Of a stretch of DNA of 64,000 nucleotides, positions 19,782 through 27,669 are shown one piece after another. The translations under genes were made by a program, and so were the position numbers. The notes below the pieces were generated by a model, which saw only the letters and a list, made by a program, of their open reading frames with translations, made no database searches and had not been told where the DNA came from. Numbering within the stretch: position 1 is the first letter of the stretch; every line of letters starts with the position of its first letter. The stretch covers positions 1 to 64,000 of the IMG/VR virus record IMGVR_UViG_3300046804_003469; one strand, written 5' to 3'.

Positions 19782-21263
19782 ATGAAACTCAAACAACTGA
19801 TGCTTGCGCCTGTTGCTCTGGGAATGGTTGCTCCTGTTGCTGCGAATGCTGCAGATCTCAATATGGTAGCAGTCAACCAATATTCCTCGGAACAGGTTAC
19901 AAGCGTTTCACAACTGTCTGATGTGCAACCTACCGATTGGGCATATCAAGCACTTAGCAATCTTGTAGAGCGTTATGGTTGCGTCGCTGGTTATCCCAAC
20001 GGCACTTTTGGTGGTGGTCGTGCAATGACTCGTTATGAGGCAGCAGCACTTTTGAATGCTTGTCTGGATCGTGTAACTGAAGTTACCGATGAATTGAAGC
20101 GTCTTACTAATGAATTTGCTTCTGAACTTGCTGTTCTCCGTGGTCGTGTAGATAAACTGGAAGCACAAGTTGGTCAACTTGAAGCAACTCAATTTTCTAC
20201 CACCACAAAACTGCGTGGTGAAGCAACCTTTGTTCTCGGTGGTGTAGATGGTGCTCAACTCTCTAACGGAACTAATGTTGGAAATACTGCTTTCAACTAT
20301 GATCTCCGTCTGAATTTTGACACTTCGTTCACTGGTAAAGACCTGCTCCGTACTCGTCTGCGTTCGGGTAATTTCTCCAGTCAACCCTTTGGTTCTAGTT
20401 CGTCACTCTTCAAACTGGATAAGGCAGAAAGCACTGCTAACAGTGTTATTCTTGATCGTCTGTACTATCAGTTCCCCGCTCTCACTAAAGGTCTGACTCT
20501 GACTGCTGGTGCTCTGGTTCGTAACACCGAAATGGCGTGGGTTCCTACTGCATATAAGTCTGATATTCTGGACTTCTTTGCTGTTGCTGGTGCTCCTGGT
20601 GTTTATAACAAAGCAACTGGTGCTGGTTTTGGTGCCCAATGGGCACAATCTGGTAAGAAAGGTTTCGTTGCTGGTGTGAACTATGTTGCCCAAAATGGCA
20701 ATGATTCCACCAAAGGTGAATTTAACTCTACTGGTGCTCTGAATACTCTGGCACAGATTGGTTATCGTGCTCCTCAGTATGGTATTGCTTTTGGTTACCG
20801 TTATGGTACTGAAGGAACCCGTGTTCGTACTTTTAATGCTATTGATGGTGGTTCTGGTGTTCTTGCTCCTGGACAAACCTCTAACGGTTATGCTATCAAT
20901 GCTTATTGGCAACCAAAGACCTCTGGCATTATTCCTTCCATCAGTGCTGCTTATGGATGGAACAATGTGAGTGGTGCAACAACTCCTAATGGTGCTACTA
21001 ACTCTCAAACCTGGATGGCAGGTGTTCAGTGGAGTGATGTATTTGCTAAGGGTAATGCTGCTGGTTTTGCTATTGGTGCTCCTGGAAATGCTGCTTCTCT
21101 GGATTCTGATCAGAAAGCAATCATGTGGGAAACTTTCTATCGTTATAAAGTCAGTGACAACATCAGTATTACTCCTGCTGTGTTCTATGTTTCTAACAAC
21201 CAATCGTTTAGTGGTGCTTCCTCTAACTATGGTGGTGTGATTCAGACTAAGTTCACTTTCTGA
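19782..21263 (+). CDS. som: Cyanobacterial Som/OprB-type outer-membrane porin with SLH domain
   Basis: Signal peptide, SDVQPTDWAYQAL..LVERYGC SLH domain, coiled coil, FSTTTKL, beta-barrel ending in TKFTF. Confidence 0.9.
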   Translation: MKLKQLMLAPVALGMVAPVAANAADLNMVAVNQYSSEQVTSVSQLSDVQPTDWAYQALSNLVERYGCVAGYPNGTFGGGRAMTRYEAAALLNACLDRVTEVTDELKRLTNEFASELAVLRGRVDKLEAQVGQLEATQFSTTTKLRGEATFVLGGVDGAQLSNGTNVGNTAFNYDLRLNFDTSFTGKDLLRTRLRSGNFSSQPFGSSSSLFKLDKAESTANSVILDRLYYQFPALTKGLTLTAGALVRNTEMAWVPTAYKSDILDFFAVAGAPGVYNKATGAGFGAQWAQSGKKGFVAGVNYVAQNGNDSTKGEFNSTGALNTLAQIGYRAPQYGIAFGYRYGTEGTRVRTFNAIDGGSGVLAPGQTSNGYAINAYWQPKTSGIIPSISAAYGWNNVSGATTPNGATNSQTWMAGVQWSDVFAKGNAAGFAIGAPGNAASLDSDQKAIMWETFYRYKVSDNISITPAVFYVSNNQSFSGASSNYGGVIQTKFTF

Positions 21264-21286
21264 TAAACTACTCACATTTTGAGTTG

Positions 21287-21314
21287 AACCACCCCAGAAA
21301 GGGGTGGTTTTTTT
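21287..21314 (+). terminator. Rho-independent terminator
   Basis: AACCACCCC-agaaa-GGGGTGGTT plus T run. Confidence 0.85.
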
Positions 21315-21352
21315 AATTAAAATCTTAACCAAATCTTAGTTGACCTTAAGAT
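21312..21352 (+). promoter_or_regulatory. Pho-box-like direct repeats upstream of pstS
   Basis: CTTAACCA (21324), CTTAGTTG (21335), CTTAAGAT (21345); resembles the cyanobacterial PyTTAAPyPy(T/A) repeat with about 11-nt period. Confidence 0.65.
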
Positions 21353-21403
21353 TGTCCTCTAGTATTATTACTTATGAAGTCAATTTACTTCTAAAAACTT
21401 TTT

Positions 21404-22369
21404 ATGAAACTTAAAAATTTTATTGCTATTGGTCTGGTTACTGCTCCTGTTGCTGCACTTGCTGGATCTTCTCTGAATGGTGCTGGTGCCACCTTCCCAT
21501 CACCAATTTATCAACGTTGGTTCCAAGATTATGCACGAACTTCTGGGAGTAGGGTTAATTATCAGTCCGTTGGTTCTGGTGCTGGTGTTCGCCAATTCCT
21601 TGCGGGAACAGTTGATTTCGCAGCAAGCGATGAACCAATCAAACCCGCAGAGGCAGCAAAAGTGAAACGTGGTGTCGTTCAAATTCCTATGGTAGGTGGA
21701 ACGATTGCTATTGCCTATAATAAAACTGGATGTACTCTGAAACTCTCTCAGAAACAAACTGTGGATATTTTTGCTGGACGTATTAAGGATTGGAAACAAC
21801 TTCCTAACTGTGGTAATGGTACTATTCGTGTGGTACATCGTGCTGATGCTTCTGGTACTACCTTTGCTTTCACTAACTCTCTTGAATCATTTGGTGGTTG
21901 GACTTATGGTGTTGCTAAATCCGTAAACTGGCCTACTGGTATTGCTTCTAAGGGTAACGAAGGTGTTGCTGGTACGATCAAAAACACTCCTGGTTCTATC
22001 GGTTATGTAAATACTGGATTTGTTCGTGCCAACAAACTCCAAGCAGCAGCAATTCAAAACAAGGCAGGTAAGTTCATTCTTCCTTCTGCTTCCACTGGTT
22101 CTGCTGCTCTGAATAGTATTACTCTAGATACAAACCTTGCAGGTGAAAATCCTAATCCTTCTGGTGTAAATGCATATCCCATTTCTACTCTGACATGGAT
22201 TCTTGCCTATAAGACTGGTAATGGTTCTAAGGCAGGTGATATTCGCTCTGCTCTAAACTATGCTCTAAGTTCTAAGGCACAGATGATTGCTGATGACCTT
22301 GGATATGTTCCTCTTGCTGGAAGTGTTCTAAACAAAGCACGTCTTGCAGTTGGTCGTATCGGTCAGTAA
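21404..22369 (+). CDS. pstS: Phosphate ABC transporter periplasmic binding protein
   Basis: GAGATFP, YQSVGSGAG, DFAASD, RADASGTT, KGNEGV, YPISTLTW. Confidence 0.95.
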   Translation: MKLKNFIAIGLVTAPVAALAGSSLNGAGATFPSPIYQRWFQDYARTSGSRVNYQSVGSGAGVRQFLAGTVDFAASDEPIKPAEAAKVKRGVVQIPMVGGTIAIAYNKTGCTLKLSQKQTVDIFAGRIKDWKQLPNCGNGTIRVVHRADASGTTFAFTNSLESFGGWTYGVAKSVNWPTGIASKGNEGVAGTIKNTPGSIGYVNTGFVRANKLQAAAIQNKAGKFILPSASTGSAALNSITLDTNLAGENPNPSGVNAYPISTLTWILAYKTGNGSKAGDIRSALNYALSSKAQMIADDLGYVPLAGSVLNKARLAVGRIGQ

Positions 22370-22399
22370 ATTCCGACAAAATAAGTATCAGATAATACC

Positions 22400-22437
22400 A
22401 AGGGGTGCTTGACACCTCTTTATTTTTCCTATATAAT
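22400..22437 (+). promoter_or_regulatory. Terminator hairpin overlapping a consensus sigma70 promoter for hli
   Basis: AAGGGGTG-cttga-CACCTCTT plus T-rich tail; TTGACA 22409, 17 nt, TATAAT 22432. Confidence 0.8.
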
Positions 22438-22464
22438 TGTGTAACAATTCGTAATAAAACGAAA

Positions 22465-22674
22465 ATGACTGTAACAAAAAATGAATTTGGACAAATGAAT
22501 ATGTGGGCAAAAGAACCTTCGATGTATATGACGAAGGAAGATCTTGAACGTTATGGTATTGAACCTTATGCAGAAAAAGCGGAGAAAATGAATGGACGTT
22601 GGGCAATGCTCGGCATTATTGCTGGTGCTATTTCTTATGCTCTCACTGGTAAACTTTTCTTCGGAGTCTTCTGA
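22465..22674 (+). CDS. hli: High-light inducible protein with N-terminal extension
   Basis: AEKMNGRWAMLG chlorophyll-binding helix. Confidence 0.9.
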   Translation: MTVTKNEFGQMNMWAKEPSMYMTKEDLERYGIEPYAEKAEKMNGRWAMLGIIAGAISYALTGKLFFGVF

Positions 22675-22679
22675 TTGAT

Positions 22680-22844
22680 ATGAGTGCTGGAATGCTCGGG
22701 CAATTTAATCTTGCCCTTCAAGAACTTGTAGAATCAGGTGCCTGGGATAAAGATGATGAACTTAAAGTTTGCATCGCAGGCACCTTACCTAAAGATAAAT
22801 TTATTGTCATTCAAAACATTACTAAAAGAGGAGAAAAAAAATGA
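22680..22844 (+). CDS. Hypothetical 54-aa protein between the two hli genes (not in ORF track)
   Basis: MSAGMLGQFNLALQELVESGAWDKDDELKVCIAG..; ATGA overlap with next gene. Confidence 0.65.
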   Translation: MSAGMLGQFNLALQELVESGAWDKDDELKVCIAGTLPKDKFIVIQNITKRGEKK

Positions 22845-22960
22845 AAAATCTTTTTACTGAGAAAGCAGAACGTATTAATGGTTGGGCTGCTATGATTGGA
22901 ATTATTGCTGGTATGGGTTCTTATCTTGCCACTGGTCAACTGATTCCTGGTGTATTCTGA
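22841..22960 (+). CDS. hli: High-light inducible protein, 39 aa (not in ORF track)
   Basis: MKNLFTEKAERINGWAAMIGIIAGMGSYLATGQLIPGVF; GAGGAG RBS. Confidence 0.9.
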   Translation: MKNLFTEKAERINGWAAMIGIIAGMGSYLATGQLIPGVF

Positions 22961-22971
22961 TGGAGGTTACT

Positions 22972-23496
22972 ATGCGTAAAGAAGGTTATCAAATTGCTCA
23001 AGTTGAATTTGTATTTCGTGAATCTGGCGAGTTTGTAACTCGTACAACTGAAGATCTTTTCAATGGAAAACGTGTTGTCATTTTTAGCCTGCCTGGTGCT
23101 TTCACTCCTACTTGCAGTGCCTATCAGTTACCTGGATTCGAAGAGAAATACAACGACTTTCTTGGTCTCGGCATCGACGATATTTATTGCGTCTCTGTTA
23201 ATGACGGGTTTGTGATGAACGCCTGGGCACAAGATCAAAACATTAAAAACGTAAAACTTATTCCCGATGGAAATGCTTATTTCACCCGTTCGATGGGTAT
23301 GCTCGTTCGTAAATCAAACCTTGGGTTCGGTGAGCGCAGTTGGCGTTACGCTGCTGTGGTGAATAACGGAATCATCGAAAAACTTTTTGTTGAGGATGGA
23401 CAACGTGATAATGCAGATTCTGATCCATATGAGGTAACAACTCCAGAAAATGTTTTAAATTATCTAACACTTTCACAAAAACCTGTTGCAGTTTAA
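22972..23496 (+). CDS. Type II (Prx5-like) peroxiredoxin
   Basis: LPGAFTPTCS, SVNDGFVMNAW, DGNAYFT, RSWRYA; GGAGG RBS before ATG 22972. Confidence 0.9.
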   Translation: MRKEGYQIAQVEFVFRESGEFVTRTTEDLFNGKRVVIFSLPGAFTPTCSAYQLPGFEEKYNDFLGLGIDDIYCVSVNDGFVMNAWAQDQNIKNVKLIPDGNAYFTRSMGMLVRKSNLGFGERSWRYAAVVNNGIIEKLFVEDGQRDNADSDPYEVTTPENVLNYLTLSQKPVAV

Positions 23497-23502
23497 ATTT
23501 AT

Positions 23503-23529
23503 TCCCCCTTCTACAAGGGGGATTTTTTT
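23503..23529 (+). terminator. Rho-independent terminator
   Basis: TCCCCCTT-ctac-AAGGGGGA plus T7. Confidence 0.85.
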
Positions 23530-23536
23530 ATAAATA
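23529..23536 (+). promoter_or_regulatory. T4-type late promoter TATAAATA
   Basis: Exact consensus directly after the terminator and before the hydrolase genes. Confidence 0.8.
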
Positions 23537-23561
23537 TCTCAGTGTCGCAAAAATATTTCAA

Positions 23562-24233
23562 ATGACATTAGATCTTCATAACTTTTTTAAGTATTATGAT
23601 GATAGTAATTCAAACCATGTAGCAGCAGTTCAATGGTTAGAGGATAATCTTCCTGCTGAATATATGGATGACTCTGAAACTGAATGGGTTAGAATTTTTA
23701 GAACTAAACCTCCAACTCCAGCAGTATTAGATGTTCCCTACTTTAATCAAGTAGATAACTATAGAGATGCACATAGAACTTGTAACTCTTCATCGTGTGC
23801 TATGTGTCTTGCTTTCCTGAAACCAGGAAGCATCAAAGGTGATGATGAATATATTAAAAAAGTGTTCGCAATTGGAGATACTACTGACCATGCTGTACAG
23901 ACAAAAGTTCTGGCAGGTTATGGTGTTAAGTCACACTTTAGTTACAATCTTTCTTTTGCTGATATTGATAAGAGTCTTGATGCTGGGAAACCTGTCGTTA
24001 TTGGCATCTTACACAGGGGTCCTCTTTCTGCTCCTACTGGCGGTCACATGGTTGTAGTGATTGGTAAGACACCAGATGGTAAAGGTTATTACTGTAATGA
24101 TCCATATGGTTCATGTAATGATAATTACACTGGCCCAGTAACAAACGGTAAGAAAACCGTTTATACCAAAGCAATGCTCAAGTATCGTTGGTGCCCAGGT
24201 GGCAATGACGGTTGGGGTAGAATTTTCGACTGA
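23562..24233 (+). CDS. C39-like cysteine peptidase with an N-terminal domain shared with the next gene; probable cell-wall hydrolase
   Basis: VPYFNQ, CNSSSCAM, GHMVVVIG, NDPYG (Cys-His-Asp). Confidence 0.8.
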   Translation: MTLDLHNFFKYYDDSNSNHVAAVQWLEDNLPAEYMDDSETEWVRIFRTKPPTPAVLDVPYFNQVDNYRDAHRTCNSSSCAMCLAFLKPGSIKGDDEYIKKVFAIGDTTDHAVQTKVLAGYGVKSHFSYNLSFADIDKSLDAGKPVVIGILHRGPLSAPTGGHMVVVIGKTPDGKGYYCNDPYGSCNDNYTGPVTNGKKTVYTKAMLKYRWCPGGNDGWGRIFD

Positions 24234-24246
24234 TAGGAGAACAATC

Positions 24247-24915
24247 ATGGCAAAGGTAGATTTACACAACTTTTTTAAATATTATGATGACAAAAATCCT
24301 AATCATGTAAAGGCGGTTCAATGGATGGAAGATCATCTTCCCATCAAATACTTAGAAGATAACTCTGAATGGGCAGAAATTTTTAGAGGAAAAAAGACTA
24401 GTGCTGCACCAGCCCCTGCCGCTGCTGCAGCTCCAGTCGTAGGTGGTGATGATGTACCTATGATGGGCATCAAATTAATCAAAGAGTTTGAAGGATGTAG
24501 ATTAAATGCTTATCCTGATCCTCTTTCTGGTGGACTTCCTATTACAATTGGGTGGGGTTGTACTCGTAAGAAGGATGGATCTCCATTCCATCTTGGAGAT
24601 ACAATCACTCAAGCAGAAGCAGACGAACTTTTAATTGAAGAATGCAAACATAATTTCCTTCCATCACTCCGTAAAATTCCACATTGGAATGAAATGAGTG
24701 ATGGTAAAAGAGGGGCCCTATTATCTTTTGCATATAATTTGGGTGCTGGATTTTACGGTGGTGATAATTTTAATACTATTACTAAACGTTTGAAAAATAA
24801 AGAGTGGGATTTAGTTCCCGATGCATTGTATCTCTACAGAAATCCTGGTTCAAATGTAGAAGCAGGACTTGCACGTAGAAGAAAGGCTGAAGGTGAATCT
24901 TGGAAAAAAGGTTAA
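24247..24915 (+). CDS. GH24 lysozyme/endolysin with shared N-terminal domain and Ala/Pro linker
   Basis: IKEFEG..AYPD..TIGWG, SFAYNLG, GLARRR.AE; AGGAG RBS before ATG 24247. Confidence 0.9.
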   Translation: MAKVDLHNFFKYYDDKNPNHVKAVQWMEDHLPIKYLEDNSEWAEIFRGKKTSAAPAPAAAAAPVVGGDDVPMMGIKLIKEFEGCRLNAYPDPLSGGLPITIGWGCTRKKDGSPFHLGDTITQAEADELLIEECKHNFLPSLRKIPHWNEMSDGKRGALLSFAYNLGAGFYGGDNFNTITKRLKNKEWDLVPDALYLYRNPGSNVEAGLARRRKAEGESWKKG

Positions 24916-24933
24916 ACTTTCACACAAACTAAA

Positions 24934-25272
24934 ATGGAAAACGACAAAAAGGCAAAATGTATGAGTACTGTTATTCGTGTCGCTATTCTTAGTTGGTCTG
25001 CTGCTCTTCTTACAGCATCATATGCGGGTCTTCTTTCAAAGATGGATCCTACCTTTATTGCAACTGTTTTCACTGCTTCCGCTGCTACCTTTGGTATTAA
25101 CACAATGAAAAAAGGTGGAGATGATGATGAGAAAAAAGTAGAACCACGTAGAGAAGAAGTAGTTGTAGAAGCACCTCCAGAACCACCAGCTCCAGAAACT
25201 CTTGAAGCAAGAGTAGAAGCATTGGAGGAAAAGGTTGAAGAGGGTGAAGGATTTGTTCAACCTCGTACATGA
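24934..25272 (+). CDS. Two-TM membrane protein with charged tail; holin candidate
   Basis: Two hydrophobic segments, acidic Pro-rich tail, directly after endolysin. Confidence 0.5.
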   Translation: MENDKKAKCMSTVIRVAILSWSAALLTASYAGLLSKMDPTFIATVFTASAATFGINTMKKGGDDDEKKVEPRREEVVVEAPPEPPAPETLEARVEALEEKVEEGEGFVQPRT

Positions 25273-25276
25273 TAAA

Positions 25277-25489
25277 ATGAAGTATATAACTTTAACATTT
25301 TCTGTGATAAGTTTGGGCATCAGTACCGCTATAGGTATTGGTGCCTATGTAACTTATCAGAAAGCACAAAAGATTCTTGATAATCCAGAAGCATTTGTTG
25401 GTGCCGTTGTAGAAAAGCAAGTTAACAAAGCATTTGAAAAATTACCAGTTCCAAAACTAAATACCAAAGAGTTCAAATTACCTTTCTAA
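25277..25489 (+). CDS. Single-TM small protein
   Basis: MKYITLTFSVISLGISTAIGIGAYV followed by a helical region. Confidence 0.6.
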   Translation: MKYITLTFSVISLGISTAIGIGAYVTYQKAQKILDNPEAFVGAVVEKQVNKAFEKLPVPKLNTKEFKLPF

Positions 25490-25902
25490 TGGCAGATAAA
25501 GATCCTTACATTTACAGAATCCGTGAGATTCATAAAGTAGTTGATGGAGATACTATTGATGCTGACATTGATTTGGGTTTTGATATTTCTCTCACTAAGC
25601 GAATTCGCCTTGCTGGGGTTGATACTCCTGAGTCACGCACTGCAGATGCGAATGAAAAGAAATATGGACTTGAAGCGAAAGAATGGTTGAAGCACCGTTG
25701 TGAAGGTGCTAAGGACATTCTGATCAAGACTGAACTTCCAGACTCCACAGAGAAGTATGGTCGTATTATTGGTCATTTATTCATTAATGGCGAAACAACA
25801 TCCCTCAACAATCAAATGATTACTGAGGGATATGCTTGGAACTATGACGGTGGAACTAAAGTTAAGAATTTTGCCGAATTAGATTCTAAGAGGAAAAAAT
25901 GA
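25489..25902 (+). CDS. Thermonuclease (SNase)-like nuclease
   Basis: VVDGDT, RIRLAGVDTPE, KYGR. Confidence 0.85.
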   Translation: MADKDPYIYRIREIHKVVDGDTIDADIDLGFDISLTKRIRLAGVDTPESRTADANEKKYGLEAKEWLKHRCEGAKDILIKTELPDSTEKYGRIIGHLFINGETTSLNNQMITEGYAWNYDGGTKVKNFAELDSKRKK

Positions 25903-26642
25903 AAAAATTTTTTTCAATTTTATCTGTTGCATTATTATCCTTACCAGTCAGTGCTGAATCATTAACTAAAACACAACCAACTGTAAAACCATATAGTTTA
26001 TCAGCAATGGGTTGTATGATTCTTTTGGAATGTACAGAAGGAGTTGAAAAACTTACATCAGATTCTGAATTTTTGAAAGGATCTGAATTTGATCCTTTTA
26101 GAGAAGAAATTAAAAGTATTCTTACAGGTCTCGATAAACTTAATGTTCCCGTTTATGTTGCCCCAGAAAGATATTTCACACCAAGAACCGTAGGATTATA
26201 TAAACCAGAATATAATCGATTTTTTGTGAATGAAATTCTTCTTAAAGATCCAAGAGAATTCTTGGGAACAATGAGACATGAGGGATGGCATACAGTTCAA
26301 GATTGTATGGGTGGTGGATTGAATACTGCATTTATGGCACAAGTACATCAAGATTCCGAAATACCTTCTTGGGTAATGAAGATGACTAAACTTTCTTATG
26401 AAAGTATGGGCCAAGGTCGTGCTGTGCCTTGGGAAGCAGATGCTAACTGGGCAGAAGAACAATCCAATACAACTGCACAAAAACTTGAAATGTGTGCAAA
26501 AGGTCCATTGTGGGAACAGATTCGTCCAACACCAATGACTATGGAATGGTTAATTGGGTGTGGATGGATGAAACCACAAGAAGGTTTATATCCATATAAT
26601 CCAAATAAAAAATCAGAATATTGTGTAGAGGGAAAATACTAA
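25899..26642 (+). CDS. Exported zincin-like metallopeptidase
   Basis: Signal peptide (VSA/E), HEGWH motif, downstream WEADA glutamate. Confidence 0.7.
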   Translation: MKKFFSILSVALLSLPVSAESLTKTQPTVKPYSLSAMGCMILLECTEGVEKLTSDSEFLKGSEFDPFREEIKSILTGLDKLNVPVYVAPERYFTPRTVGLYKPEYNRFFVNEILLKDPREFLGTMRHEGWHTVQDCMGGGLNTAFMAQVHQDSEIPSWVMKMTKLSYESMGQGRAVPWEADANWAEEQSNTTAQKLEMCAKGPLWEQIRPTPMTMEWLIGCGWMKPQEGLYPYNPNKKSEYCVEGKY

Positions 26643-26643
26643 T

Positions 26644-26859
26644 ATGGTTTATTTTAATATTGTGAGGGTATTCATTATTGTTTGGGCAGCAGTTATGATT
26701 TCTGCTGTGGAATCAGTTGGAATTCGTTCTAATGGTATGGTGGAATTGGAAAATAAAGCAAGACAAGATACCTACGCCAAAGTTCTTATACTTGCTGTAG
26801 GATCTTTTCTTGGTGACGCTGCATTCAATTTAAAAAGAAAAAAAGATAAATCAGAATGA
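26644..26859 (+). CDS. Small two-TM membrane protein
   Basis: Two hydrophobic segments, basic C-terminus. Confidence 0.55.
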   Translation: MVYFNIVRVFIIVWAAVMISAVESVGIRSNGMVELENKARQDTYAKVLILAVGSFLGDAAFNLKRKKDKSE

Positions 26860-27669
26860 CAGTCTAGCAGAAAGTTTTTTTGCAACTTTTTTAGCAGGGG
26901 CAAATAGAGATTTGAATCTCTTTTGTCCCTCTTTTGTAAATTTATCTAATATTACATCATCGATAATAATTTTATTTTCAATTTCATATAAAGAATTACT
27001 ATCTACTTGATCTCTAATATATTGTTCTATATTATCAACTTGATCTACTAAACGAGTTCCTTCAGAAGAGTATTCAAAAATATCAACATGTCCTTCCTCT
27101 GCTAAAACATAATGTAATACAGGTTTAACTTGTTTAATTTTAATTTTAAATTTATTTTTTGCTGCTTGTCTAATCATAGGTTCTGCAGCATTTTTTAATG
27201 TATTGAAAATAGCAGTTGATGCTACAGTTGCAGCAGTAGTTACTACTGCAACTGCCCCTGCTGTAGCGACTATTGATGGATCTGGTAAATCGAGATTTAA
27301 ACCAGCAATTGTGATACTAGGTTTATCTGCTGGTATTTCAGCAACTGGAGTTTGAAGGGGAGGGGTTTGAGCAATTTGAGGCAGATTAGGTGGGGAGGTA
27401 TCTGGTAATCCTCTATTTTTTTCTGGTTGTTCTTCTTGCTTTTTTTGATCTGCTTTTACAGCAGCATCAAATTCTTCTTGTGTCGGTACGTTAATTGTTG
27501 GATAATTTATTTTAGGATCTGGTATATTTACAACAGGAAGTTCCAGACCACGAATGACTGGAACTTCCATTGATTTAACAACAGGTGGATCTATAGTTGG
27601 AATAATACTGGGTCCATTGATTCCAACCTTAGGAACATTATTGTTTCCTATCGTTGGTATCTCGTTCAT
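26851..27669 (-). CDS. Pro-rich membrane-anchored hypothetical protein
   Basis: Pro-rich N-terminal ~130 aa, Ala/Val/Thr TM-like segment, basic stretch, C-terminal globular domain. Confidence 0.7.
   Translation of the reverse strand: MNEIPTIGNNNVPKVGINGPSIIPTIDPPVVKSMEVPVIRGLELPVVNIPDPKINYPTINVPTQEEFDAAVKADQKKQEEQPEKNRGLPDTSPPNLPQIAQTPPLQTPVAEIPADKPSITIAGLNLDLPDPSIVATAGAVAVVTTAATVASTAIFNTLKNAAEPMIRQAAKNKFKIKIKQVKPVLHYVLAEEGHVDIFEYSSEGTRLVDQVDNIEQYIRDQVDSNSLYEIENKIIIDDVILDKFTKEGQKRFKSLFAPAKKVAKKLSARLSF

Noticed and set aside
20403-21332. 309-aa antisense ORF over the porin, and similar ones over psbA, psbD, gp32 and the tape-measure-like genes
   Set aside because: Strong sense-strand codon bias removes antisense stops; no motifs or RBS seen.
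22882-22971. N-terminal extension of the peroxiredoxin ORF
   Set aside because: It is another frame of the second hli; the start with a GGAGG RBS is at 22972.
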